Source of the DNA: Mobula hypostoma | Lineage: Eukaryota | Assembly (NCBI RefSeq): GCF_963921235.1 | Contig: NC_086097.1 | Span: forward strand, 181,476,001 to 181,540,000 | Direction: 5' to 3' | DNA length: 64,000 nt | Shown here: piece by piece, positions 25,981-37,958 of the stretch | Layout of the letters: every line of letters begins with the position of its first letter | Position numbering within the stretch: the stretch's first letter is position 1 | Notes under the pieces: generated by a model | Told to the model about the DNA's origin: nothing | Seen by the model: the letters and a program-made list of their open reading frames with translations, nothing else | The model's database searches: none | Position numbers and translations under genes: made by a program

Positions 25981-26343
25981 GTAAGAAACGTGTGTTCCTC
26001 ACACTCATTTTAGGGTCCAACACTGCTGCTAATCTCTCACCTGTTGTGATTAGGTTTTCACTGAAGACTCCTTCATTACCTCCTGGTCTGGAACCTCTCA
26101 GGCCTGTTAACAGACCATCAGATACACTACCCACATTCATGACCATTGTCATATTATTTTCCTCTCCTTGGGAAGTGTTTCCATAACTCCAACCCAGAGA
26201 AAGTCATGAAGCATGTTCTGTGAAGGCAGATCCATCCGCGCGTAATTTGGTGTGCTTTTATCCACAAAGGTTTACTTCCTTGGACCCAAACAAGTCATAC
26301 ATTTCGTGAGGCAGTACAGAAAGATCTTTACTCAGTATCCAAC

Positions 26344-27269
26344 GCAAACACGAGGAAATTTGCAGATGCTGGAAATTCAAGCAACACACACAATAAATGC
26401 TGGTGAACGCAGCAGGCCAGGCAGCATCTATAGGAAGAAGCACAGTTGTCGTTTCAGGCCGAGATCCTTCGTCAAGACTAACTGAAAGAAGAGATAGTAA
26501 GAGATTTGAGAGGGGGAGGGGGAGATCTGAAAATGATAGGAGAAGACAGGAAGGAGAGGGATGGAGCTAAGAGCTGGAAAGTTGATTGGCAAAAGGGATA
26601 CGAGGCTGGAGAAGGGAGAGGATCATGGGACGGGAGGCCTAGGGAGAAAGAAAGGGGGGGGGACCAGAGGATGGGCAAGGAGTTATAGTGAGAGGGACAG
26701 GGAGGAAAAAGAGAGGAAAAAAGGGGTGGGAGAGTAAATGAATGAATGAATGAATGATGGGGTACGAGGGGGAGGTGGGGCATTAACGGAAGTTAGAGGT
26801 CAATGTTCATGCCATCAGTGTTGGAGGCTACCCAGACAGAATATAAGGTGTTGTTCCTCCATCCTGAGTGTGGCTTCATCTTGACAGTAGAAGAGGCCGT
26901 GGATAGACATAACAGAATGGGAATGGGACGTGGAATTAAAATGTGTGGCCACTGGGAGATCCTGCTTTCTCTGGCAGACAGAGCGTAGGTGTTCAGCGAA
27001 ACGGTCTCCCAGCCTGCGTCGGGTCTCGCCAATATATAGAAGGCCGCATCAGGAGCACCGGACGCAGTATATCACCCCAGCCAAGTCACAGGTGAAGTGT
27101 CGCCTCACCTGGAAGGACTGTCTGGGGCCCTGAATGGTGGTGAGGGAGGAAGTGTAAGGGCATGTGTAGCACTTGTTCTGCTCACAAGGATAAGTGTCAG
27201 GAGGGCAACTGTGCTTCCTCCTATAGATGCTGCCTGGTCTGCTGCGTTCACCAGCATTTTTTGTGTGTG
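26344..27269 (-). mobile_element. Second Penelope-like copy (GIY-YIG plus tail, minus strand) with an inverted partial tail at its 5' end
   Basis: Reverse complement of ~10250-11064; inverted tail at 27209-27269; flanking ttactca(g/a)tatccaac at 26328-26343 and 27270-27285. Confidence 0.92.
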
Positions 27270-27949
27270 TTACTCAATATCCAACCTGGGTTATTACTGT
27301 GGACTCACAAGAGGTACTGGAGATACTGGAAATTTAGTTATTACTATACTGAAGATGTTCTACAGTGCAGAGAAAGTTGCACTCTTTGCTGGAGGAACTC
27401 AGCAGGTCAGGCATCATCTATGGTGGGAATGATCAATCAATATTTTGGGCCAAGACCTTCTCTAGATGCTGCGTGACCCACTGAATTCCTCCAGCATTTT
27501 ATGCTCAAGATTTCTGTAATCTCTTGTGTGTAAGTTTTACTCTATGTAATCCTGACCTGGGAATCCACACAGTTACAGAAAGAACATCTAAACTGCACAC
27601 AGAGAGCACTTGAGGTCGGGAACAAACATGGGTCAAAGGAGCTATGAGGCAGCAGCTCTGTTGGCTGTACACACTGCTGCCTGCTACCTATGTTCACAAT
27701 AGGTAAATTAGGGAGGGTGGAGTGGACAACTATTCAATGCATCAACTGAATCAGGAAAGAGAAGACGGGGTAGATGTATTGTACCTTCATTGAATTTGCT
27801 CAGAATTATTCAGGTTGTAGTTGAGGTAGAAAACCAATTGGAGGATTCAAAGTAGTTGCAAGGAGGTGCACAAACTTGAGAAGTAACAGAAAATGGAGAA
27901 GTTAGAGGAGACAGCAGTTTGGGAGGATTTGAATTGGGTTTAATTTTAG

Positions 27950-28520
27950 ACTGTAAGATATTAGAGCAGAATTAGGCCATTTGACCCATCACATCTGCTC
28001 CATCATTCCCTCACAGCTGATCTATTATTCCCTCCCAACCCAATTTTTATGACTTACCCTGTGATCTTTGATGACCTGACTAATCAAGAACCTATCAACC
28101 TCCGCTTTAAATATACCCAATGACCTGGCCTCCACAGCCATCTGCGATAATGAAGTCCACAGATTCAACACCCTCTGACTAAAGAAATGCCTTCTCATTT
28201 CTGTTCTAAAGGCTATCCTTGTATTCTAAAGTCGTCCCCTTTGGTTATGGACTCTCCCAATGTAGGAAATATCCTCTCCACATCCACTCCTATCTAGGCC
28301 TTTCAATATATGATAGGTTTCAATGAGATCCCCCTGTATTTTTCCAAATTTCAACAAGTACATGACCGGAGCCATCAAATGCTCCTCATATATTAACCTT
28401 TCAGTCCCGGGAACATTCTCGTAAACCTTCTCTGGGTACTCTACAATGCCAGCACATCCTTTCTTAGATAAGAGACCCAAAACTGCTCACAGTACTCCAA
28501 CTGCGGTCTGACGAATACCT
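27950..28520 (-). mobile_element. CR1 LINE 3' fragment
   Basis: GDLIETYHILKGLDR remnant; same tail as the 17243 copy. Confidence 0.8.
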
Positions 28521-28794
28521 TTAGAGAGTGTACTTCATTCATTTATACATGGAGCTGGCTGTACTTTCCATGATTTGTATGGACCAGTAATAATAGTTTT
28601 CCCTAGCATATCACCATTCTGTGAAAATTCACTGAGACTGTGGTGGGGCAAAGCCAATGCAGTGAATCAGTGACTGTCCATCAGAATTATTTCACCTTTA
28701 TGCTCTGGACAGGGAATTAACCAAAGTCTAGGTTATTACCTCAAGCTTTGCGGGAATTACTGACAATAAATACACCTAAATCACAGACAGTAAA

Positions 28795-29316
28795 TTAAAA
28801 CTGCAAATGCTGTAAATCTGAAATAAAAACAGAAAGTGCTGGAAACACACAGGAGGTTTAGGCAGCAAATGTGGGAAGAGAAATAGTTAATGTTCTGGCT
28901 CAGGGACTTCATCAGAATTGGAAGAGAGACAAATCAGAGAAGGTGGGGGAGGGCATTGGAAGAAACAAGGCAAGACGACAATGTGGCAGATAAGATCAGA
29001 GGGAAGTATTTTTGTCAGTGTAATGTGTTGTTAATGTTTAATCTGACTGACTGATTGTAAAGCGAAGGAAGACGGGCAGTTACAGATGGGGAGAGAGTGC
29101 GAGATACCAAAAGTTTGATAGCTTGATATTGAGTTCTGCAGGGAGAGAAAGGTAGTTGCTCCTTGAGTTTGCATTGAGCTTCATTGTTACCGTGCAGGAG
29201 ACCATAGACTGAGATCAGAGTGGGAGTGCAAACTGAATTAAAGTGACGGGGATCAAGAATCTCAGGGTTGCATCCTTGGAATGCGCAAGGATGCTCCTCA
29301 AGGCGATCTGCTCAGT
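28795..29316 (-). mobile_element. Old, diverged Penelope 3' fragment
   Basis: Tail similar to the other Penelope-derived repeats (cttcatcag hammerhead relic at ~28910) plus a degenerate endonuclease C-terminus. Confidence 0.55.
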
Positions 29317-30069
29317 TCCTGCCAGCACCACTGAGGTAGCTCCTTAGGGCTTGTTCTAGTTCTGCTTTGCATCGAGGTTGGTACCTACTGCCTTTCAGTA
29401 ATGCCAGCCTTCTTCCTACATAGATATACCTGGCCCACTATCTACTACTTCTCTTCTGCAACTATAACTTTACTCTTTTCCCACGTACTGACTTGTGTCA
29501 GTAGCTTTAGAGTGTTCAGGGCTGCCTGAGATCGTGCAGGACCCTGCCTCAGTGAAGAGAAGTGTTAGGTTTTACACTGCCTTTGCTACCCCCAGCCCAA
29601 ATCAGCCACGTCACTAGCCTTCCACTTCTGATCTACATTTTCAGTCTCTTTTACATTCTGTATTTTGCCCAATATTTTGCTGTTTTTCTGCACCTGACAT
29701 TTGTCAAACTTCCTTCTTTATTTTACATTATATTTCCTTTGTCATTCAGGAAGCCCCTCCTGTGGATGCTCTACCTTTCCTCCTCATGAGAATAAATGTG
29801 GTTTGTACACAGACTCTTGCCTTTACTCTGTATCTAACCTGTCATGTTCCTACTCTTCGTGTGTTTTGCTGGGACAGTGTATAGATTGAGTTTTACTCTG
29901 TACTTAACCTATGTTTTCCTTGTCCATGCCGTGTGTGACAGGAAGGTCATAGAGTTATACAGCACGGAGTTATACAGACCCTTCAACCCAACTCGTCTGT
30001 GCCAACCAAGTAGCCTACCTGAAGTAATGCCATTTGCTTGCTTGGGATTGGTGTGGGTTCCCTGTTATT

Positions 30070-30990
30070 TGTCCATCTATTTTAATGGTTAGTAAATTTG
30101 CAGATGACACCAAGATTAGTGGAGTAGTGGACAGTGAGGAAGGTTATCTAAGAGTACTACAATATCTAGAAAAAATAATTGGTCAAGTGAACCAAGAAAT
30201 GGACCGAGATGCAATTCAGCTTGAACAAGTGCAAGGTGGTGTATTTTGGTAAATTAAATCAGGGTAGATCTTGCACAGTGAATGGTAGGGCACTGGAAAG
30301 TGTTGTACAACAGAAGGGTACAGGTGCATAGTTCCCTGAAAGTGATGACACAGGTAGACATTGTGGTAAGGGCATTGAGTGCAGGAGTTAGGACATCACA
30401 ACAGGGTTGCAACTAGGTACAACTGAACAGGTTGTTGGTGAGACTACACTTGGTGTATTGTGCAGTTCTGATCATCCAGCTATTGAAAGGACGTCATTAA
30501 ACTGGAAAGAATGTGGACAAGATTCATAGGGATGTTACCAGGACTGGAGGCTTTGAGCTATAGGGAGATAGGCTGAGAGCAGACCTTATAGAGGTTTCTA
30601 AAATCATGAGGGGAGTAGATAGGTGAATGGTCATACTCTTTTTTTTCCTCCAGCGTAAGCAAGCAGAAAATTCAAGGACTTAAGTTTAAGGTGAGAAGGA
30701 AAAGATTTGAAAGGGACTGGGGAGCAGTGAAGGTGGCAGATATATAGAACGAGGTTCCAGAGAACATGGTAGAGGTGGTACAATTATGGTGGGTTAGAAG
30801 TGGCCGCGGTGAAAGCAAGACCCTGGTTTTGAAGAATTGGTAAGATTACTGGGTAAAAAACATTTGGACAGCTACATGGATAAGAATATTTTAGAGGGAT
30901 ATAGACCAAACTCTTGCGAATGGGAGTAGCTTGAGAGACATTTTGTTCAGCATGGACAAGTTGAGCCAAAGGTATAGCTCTATGACTCTG
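30070..30990 (+). mobile_element. CR1 LINE RT/3' fragment
   Basis: VSKFADDTKISGVVDSEEG (catalytic FADD) and CR1 tail. Confidence 0.85.
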
Positions 30991-31266
30991 TATCTAACCC
31001 ATGCCATCCGTTCCCTGGAAGTGTTTAATATAAGAGTATAGATAAAGGTTTGCTCTATATCTAACCCATTCAGTTTCTACGACGGGATTGTTTGATGGCA
31101 CAGTGTAGAGGGACTTGATATCTGGTCCATAGTGTCCCTGCCCTGGAAGGGTGTGATGGAACACTGTAGAGGGAGCTCCTGTATCCTGATTTCTCATATT
31201 CTTTGCTTTCATTCACTCTTCAAGTATGCTGCTATAGAGAGAAGCTCTTCTTTTGTGTCCCTACAG

Positions 31267-31451
31267 GGTGTGTTGAGTTCCTGGAACATCCAACAATGGC
31301 CTACGTTCGGCTGCAGTCAGCAGTGGAGTTGGAGTCGGTGTTGGAGGTTCCCATCCCAGTCCGCTTCCTGTTCATCCTGCTGGGACCATCCACCAGTAAT
31401 CTGGACTACCATGAGATTGGCCGCTCCATTTCCACTCTCATGTCAGACAAG
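31267..31451 (+). CDS. slc4a2: slc4a2 exon G ([16 protein letters not shown]...[14 protein letters not shown])
   Basis: ctacag acceptor; conserved [11 protein letters not shown] and [10 protein letters not shown]; donor AAG|gtcagg. Confidence 0.97.
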
Positions 31452-33469
31452 GTCAGGGTCTGGAAGTTGTGGGGAAGTCCTTATCAACAAATTCAAATCC
31501 CATAAATAATTCTGAATCAGGTTTATTATCACCATCACATATAACATGAGATTTATTATTTTGCAGCAGCAATACAGTGCAAAAATGCAAAAATTATGAT
31601 AAATTACAAGATAAATGGTGCAAAAAAATGAGAGGTAACGTTCATGGGATCATAGATTGTTTAGATAGTGTTGGGGAAGAAGCTGTTCCTAAATCATTGA
31701 ATTTTGCTCTTTAGACTCCTGTTCCTCCTCCACAATGGTAGGAGCAAAAAGAGGGCATGTTCCCAGTGGTGAGGTTTTTATTGATGGTTGAGGCTCCATC
31801 TCTTGTAGGTGAGCTGAGTTGTACATGTGATGGAGCTAGCTGAGTCTACAACCCTCTGCAGCCTCTTGTGCTCCTGTGCATTGGAGCCTGCACCAAATGC
31901 TGATGCAATTTGTCAAAATGCTTTTCATTATACATCTCACTAGGTGACGTACTGAATCTCTTCAAGCTCCTAATGAGGTAGAGCTGCTTGCATTCCACCT
32001 TTACCAAAATGCATGACCTCGCACTTCCCCACATTAAACTCCATTTGTGAATTTTTGCCCACTCACTCAATCTATCCGTATCTCTAGCAGAATTACAAAT
32101 TACTTTATTATTATCATGTGTATGTACCTAGATACAGTGGAAAAACTTGCCATCCATATCATTCCAAACATAAGAACATCAAGGTAATACAAAGACAAAA
32201 GCAGTAACAGCATTCAAGGAATGTACAGTGCATCTAGACAAATAAAGTGCATTGGACATGATGAGGTAGACAGAGAAATCTCAAGAGTTCACCTTTATCA
32301 TACAAGAGGTCTGTTCAGAAGTGTTATAATGACAGGATAAAAGCTGTCCCTGAGCCTGGTAGTATGTGTCCTCAAGCTTTTGAATCTCATGCCTGATGGG
32401 AGTGGGAAGAAGGGAGAATGTCCCGGTGTGAGGGTCTGTGATTATCTTGGCCGCTTTCCCTAGACAGTCAAGAATCACAGTATCCTTATTGCAACGCGTC
32501 CTTCCATCTGTTTTCATATCATCGGTAAATTTTGGGTCTTCAATGCATGTTCACTGTTCCTTTCTGCACATCATTAATGTAAACAGTGAACAACTGTGGG
32601 CAAGGACTGATCCTTAGAGTACCTCACTCATTACCTCCCACCAGCCTGAAAATAGCTTATTTATTCCAACTCCCTATTTTCAATGAGACAGCCATTCCTA
32701 CGCACTTTCTCTAATACCATTTATGTTTAATATATGTACCAGCCTCCTCCTATATGGCACCTTGTCAAAAGCCTTTTGGAAATCTAAAAACATTACATCT
32801 ATAGGTTCCCCTCTATCAAATTTCGTGGAGTACTACACAGTTACATGCCCTTTGGCACATCTAGTCCATGCTGAACTATTAACTCTTTGTAACATCCTGA
32901 AAGAATTTTTGCAAGTTTGTCAAACGTGATTTACCTTGCATAAAACCATGTTGACAGAGTTTCATTATATTCAGTTTTCCTGTAAGGTTAGCTGTCTGCT
33001 CATTAATCAATCATTCCAGCATCTCACCAGTTATACATACAAAACTATGACCTGTAGTTCCTTGTCTTCTGCCTTTCTGCTTTTTATTGTTTCCTTATTG
33101 CACAACAGCTTGTTCCTGGACAGGCTAGGTTAGATTAGATATATTATATTACAGTGAAATGTGTCAGTTGTGTCAATGACCAACACAATCTGAGGATGTG
33201 CTGGGGCAGCCTGCAAGTGTCACCATGCTTGCAGCACCAACATAGCATGCCCACAACTTCCATTCTCACTGCTCTGTTTCACCATCTGCCCCCAGCCCGC
33301 TCGGATCACCTCCCTGTTCATGAATTCCTTCAATATCCTTACCAGAATGCCCTTTCACTCATCCCACCCCCATCTTGAATCCTCTGCCTCAGTGCCCCCC
33401 TTCCATTTCTCTCCATCCAATCTCCCTGCTGTTGGTTTGTGGATACTTCACTTTGTTGCTGTTTTACAG

Positions 33470-33686
33470 AATTTCCATCGAGCCGCTTACCAGGCAGATG
33501 ACCGGAATGACTTGTTGAATGCAATCAACGAGTTCCTGGACAGCAGCATCGTTATCCCTCCCTCCGACGTCCCAGGGGAGGAACTGCTGCTCTCAGTTGC
33601 ACAATTCCAGCGCAAGATGCTGAAGAAGAGACAGGCAAAAGAGGAGAAGGCATTGTCCAAAGAGATCAAGAGTCAGGAGGAGAGAG
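33470..33686 (+). CDS. slc4a2: slc4a2 exon H (NFHRAAYQADDRNDLL...KSQEER)
   Basis: tttacag acceptor; FLDSSIVIPPS dimerization-arm motif; donor G|gtgggc, phase 1. Confidence 0.93.
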
Positions 33687-33924
33687 GTGGGCAACTGTCC
33701 AAACCCATCACTACTCAACTGTTTCTCTTCCTACCATCCTTCGCTGTTCCGTGACCTCCTAACTCTGACTACCTTACCAGCCTTCTCTGCCCCTCTAAGC
33801 TTCAAAGAGCAGTCAATCCATTTTGGAAAAGAAAACAAGAAAACAGGAGCAGAGTGGACCACCAGGCCCCTCAAATCTGCCCCAATGTTCAACATGAAAA
33901 AAACTGATCTGTACCGGCTTCAAA

Positions 33925-34225
33925 ACATGGTAGCGTAGTGGTCAGCACAGTGCTATTACAGCTCGGCGTGTTCCAGAGTTCAGACTTCAATTCCGGTCCC
34001 ATTCTATAAGGAGTCTCTCTGCATCCTCTGTGTGGAATGCGCGGGTTTTCACCCAATGCTCCGGGTTCCTCCCACAGTCCAAATCTGTACCGGGTACGTT
34101 ACTTGGTCATTGTAAATTGTCTCATGATTAGGTTAGGGTTAATTGGGGTTGTGAGGTTGCTGGGGTGGCAGAGCTCAAAAGGGCCAGATGGTCTGCTCCA
34201 CGTTGTATCACTAAATAAATAAATA
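33925..34225 (+). mobile_element. V-SINE (tRNA-derived head, V-domain, A-rich tail)
   Basis: tggtagcgtagtgg A-box-like head; gggttttcacccaatgctccgggttcctcccac; taaataaataaa tail. Confidence 0.75.
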
Positions 34226-34868
34226 ACCAAACTTCTCGACTGCAGTTCCCCAAAGCCCTCAATTTTTCAATCTTTCAAATATTTATCTATAGAACAACAT
34301 AGGAACAGGAACTTCAGCCTACAATGTGTTGAACATGATGCAAATCCAAACTAATCCCATCTGCCTGCACATGATCCATATTCCTCCAATTTCTGCTTGT
34401 TCATGTGTCTCACCTAAATGTTTCTCAAACTTTACTGTTGTATCTGCTTCCACCATCTCCCCTGATAGTGTGTTCCAGGGTGTGTGTTGTTAAGCCTTTA
34501 CAGGCTTCTGCATCTTCTGCGCAATGGGAGGGGGGAGAAGAGAAAATGACCAAGGTAGGTGATGTCTTTGATTATTCTGGCTGTGTCCCCAAGGCAGTGG
34601 GAAGTGTGGTGTCCTTGGAGGGAAGACTAGTTTCCATGATGGACTAAGCTGTGTCCACAACACTCAGCACTTTCTTGCGGTCACAGGCAGAGCAGTTGCC
34701 CTACCAAACTGTGATGCATCTGGATAAGATGCTTTCGATAATGCATTGATAAAAATTAGTGAGGGTCAACAGGGTCAAGCCGAATAATGTACCTATTATT
34801 GCACCCCTATCCTCTCACCTGATCTCTCCAGCTGCCTGTCCTGAGTGACTCTGCTGTTGTCCTCACAG

Positions 34869-35075
34869 CTCTCCTGAAACCAAAGAAGCCGGATGAGGAG
34901 GATCCTCTGAGACGGACCGGGAAACCATTTGGTGGGGTGGTTCGGGATGCTGCCCGCAGGTACCCTCAGTACCTGAGTGACTTCAAGGATGCCCTGAACC
35001 CTCAGTGTATGGCTGCCATCATCTTCATTTACTTCGCTGCCCTTTCGCCAGCCATCACATTTGGAGGGTTACTCG
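34869..35075 (+). CDS. slc4a2: slc4a2 exon I ([12 protein letters not shown]...TM1 [14 protein letters not shown])
   Basis: ctcacag acceptor; SLC4 membrane-domain start; donor G|gtaaga. Confidence 0.97.
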
Positions 35076-36235
35076 GTAAGAGAGCAAAGGCATTGAAGGG
35101 AAACAGACATTCACCTCCGACCTGACCAGGTTCATTCGCCTAAAGCATTGGCTCCATTTCTCTCCCCTGACCTGAGTATTACCGGCATTTACTGTTTTTA
35201 TTTAATCTCTGTCCTACCTTTCACAACTTTAGGATATTTCAAAGCATTTCACAGCCAATGAATGTTTTTTAAAATGTCCTTTCATTCATGGGCTATCCAA
35301 GTCCCATGGAGTCTTAGTTGCCTATGACCCATGTGGGTTTGAGTGGGGCCCGATTATTCCCACCAACCTGAGAGTCATCAGGTGCTCTTGCTGAATGGAG
35401 ACAATGTTGGCCTCACTGGAATTTTTTCCTCCGTCCTCTGGTAATCCCTTCCCATAACCTTGCAATAGAGTGTTTATTTTCTGAGCTCACAACATGATTT
35501 GCTCAGCAGAGCTGGCTAACTGGGGATCAGTTGTTGGGGAGAGACATGAAACTGTACAGCAGAGGGCAAGGCCCTTCGGCCCACCACATCTGTGCCAACC
35601 AAAATGCCATTCTAACTAATCCTGTCTACTTGTGCATGGTACATATCCCTCCATTCATTGCCTGATCATGCACTTGGCTGGGACATAGAACAGTACGGCA
35701 CATTAATACTGTGCAGCACTCTAAATGTCCCTTAAACACCACTTTTGAATCTGCTTCCACCATTTTCCCTGGTAGCCCATTCCAGGCATCCGCTGCTTTC
35801 TGTTCAAAAATTAAATACTTGCCATGTAAATCCCCTTTGAACTCTTAACTCCTCCCCCTTTCATCTTAAATTGATCTAATATATGACATTTCCACCCTGG
35901 GAAAAAGACTGTCTATGTACTTTGTGCCTCTTGTAGCTTTACAAACTTCTAGCAGATCGCTCCTCAGTTCCCAATACTGCAGAGAAAACAATTTGCTGGT
36001 TGGATTTCCTTCTCCTTCAAGTAGTTTTGGAGTATTTTGCAGAAGCAGGGTAGGTGATATCTCCCCAAAGCCTTGATGTGTCTACTGTGAGTAACCCACG
36101 CCTCAGAAGCCTGTGTGAAGTTGGGGATCACCGCTGCCCAGAAGACCATGAGTGAAAAGCTGATGTTAACCATGAATTCAATGTTAATGTTTCCTGTGTA
36201 CTGCCAGTGAATGATAACCACCTGTTATGTTTCAG

Positions 36236-36384
36236 GGGAGAAGACCATGGGTTTGATTGGTGTCTCAGAACTCATCATTTCAACAGCCATACAGATGATT
36301 ATCTTTGGTTTGCTGGGGGCCCAACCACTACTGATTGTCGGGTTTTCTGGCCCATTGCTTGTATTTGAAGAAGCATTCTTTAAG
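36236..36384 (+). CDS. slc4a2: slc4a2 exon J (GEKT...[25 protein letters not shown]2-3)
   Basis: tttcag acceptor; GFSGP anion-site motif; donor AAG|gtgcgt. Confidence 0.97.
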
Positions 36385-37763
36385 GTGCGTGTGCTGCTGG
36401 GTTTCAAACTACTCAGGCAGATGTTTTGCACAAAAATTAATTTCTTCTACCTTATAGCCCTACCTATAGTCACAGGACTACAGAGCTCCAGGAATAACAG
36501 AATTATCCAACAGCCCAACCCCAAAGGCATACGTCCCACTGGCAGCTCATTGCTGGATTGAAGTACTGTATTCTTCTGTTCTATATGAGATTCAGCATTC
36601 CTTCACAAAACTCCAATGCTTGAATCACTCCCAATAGGTTCATCTTGGTACAAGGGCTGAAGTAGTTTGCTTATCCATTTAATACATCATTGGATAACCA
36701 CTTTCACACTCCATCTCAAATTTGCACATTAACGTGTACTTATTGAATTTTAACTTACTTTAAGGATAGGTGTGGGTTTGAGTTGGTGTCTGATTATTCG
36801 CGCCAACCTCCTTGTCATCAAGCTCTCCTGCTGATCTGGTCTTCACATAGAGACAATATTGATTTTGCTTGATGCATGAACATGCTGTCACACTTGTCAC
36901 ACCTCTCTCTGCCTATTGACCAGACCAACACTGCCAAAGCACATTTTTATCAGAAGTGCTGGCCTTTATGTGGGTCTGTTACCTTTTCTATAATGTTGCT
37001 GTGCATCACATTCATGACACCCTCCCCTCCCCTCCATAGTCTCTGTCTGCACACCTCACTGCCTTGGTAAAGCAGCCAATATAATCAAAGACCCCACCCA
37101 CCTCAGGCATTCGCTGTTCCCCACCCTCCCATCGGGCAGAAGATATAAATGCCTGAAACCACACACCACCAGGGTCAAGAACAGTTTCTATCCCACTGTT
37201 ATAAGTCTATTGAACAATTCCCTGGTACAATGATTGACTCTTGACCTCACAGTCAACCTCGTTTCCTCAGCCTTGTACCTTACTGTCTGTCTGCACTGCA
37301 CTTTCCCTGTAACTGTAACACTATTCTTCATTCTGTTATTGTTTTCCTTGTACTACCCCAAAGCACTGTGTAATGAATTGATCTGTATAGATGGTATGCA
37401 AAACAAAAGTTTTTCACTGTGCCTCAGTATGTGTGACAATAAATCAATTTACAAGTTACATGACACCAGTATCTTTGCAGGGGTCAGTATCTGGGAATAC
37501 CAGATGTTCCAAATAAGGGTCTCAATCTGAAACTATCCATTTCGTTCTACACATGTTGCTTGATCTGTTGAGTCCCTCCAGCAGATGGTGCTCTTTTTTT
37601 TTTTGGTTCTGGAGTCCGGCATTAGGCTCAGATCTCTCAAGTGGAGCTTAAACACCTAATCTTCAGCTCAGGGAAAAGTGATCAAGCCAGAGGGGGAGAG
37701 TATGTGAACTCAGAGGAGTTTCAGAGCAGCAGTTCTCACTTCTCTGTCTGACTCTTTCACCAG

Positions 37764-37958
37764 TTCTGTGAGTCGAACAAAATGGACTACCTGACGGGCC
37801 GAGTGTGGATCGGGTTTTGGCTGATTATCATCGTGGTGCTGATCGTGGCATTCGAAGGCTCCTTCCTCGTGAGATTCATCTCCCGATTCACCCAGGAAAT
37901 CTTTGCTTTCCTCATCTCAATAATATTTATTTATGAAACATTCTACAAGCTGGTAAAG
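37764..37958 (+). CDS. slc4a2: slc4a2 exon K ([19 protein letters not shown]...FYKLVK; TM4-5)
   Basis: caccag acceptor; RFTQEIF and KLVK (stilbene-reactive lysine region); donor AAG|gtaaaa. Confidence 0.97.
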
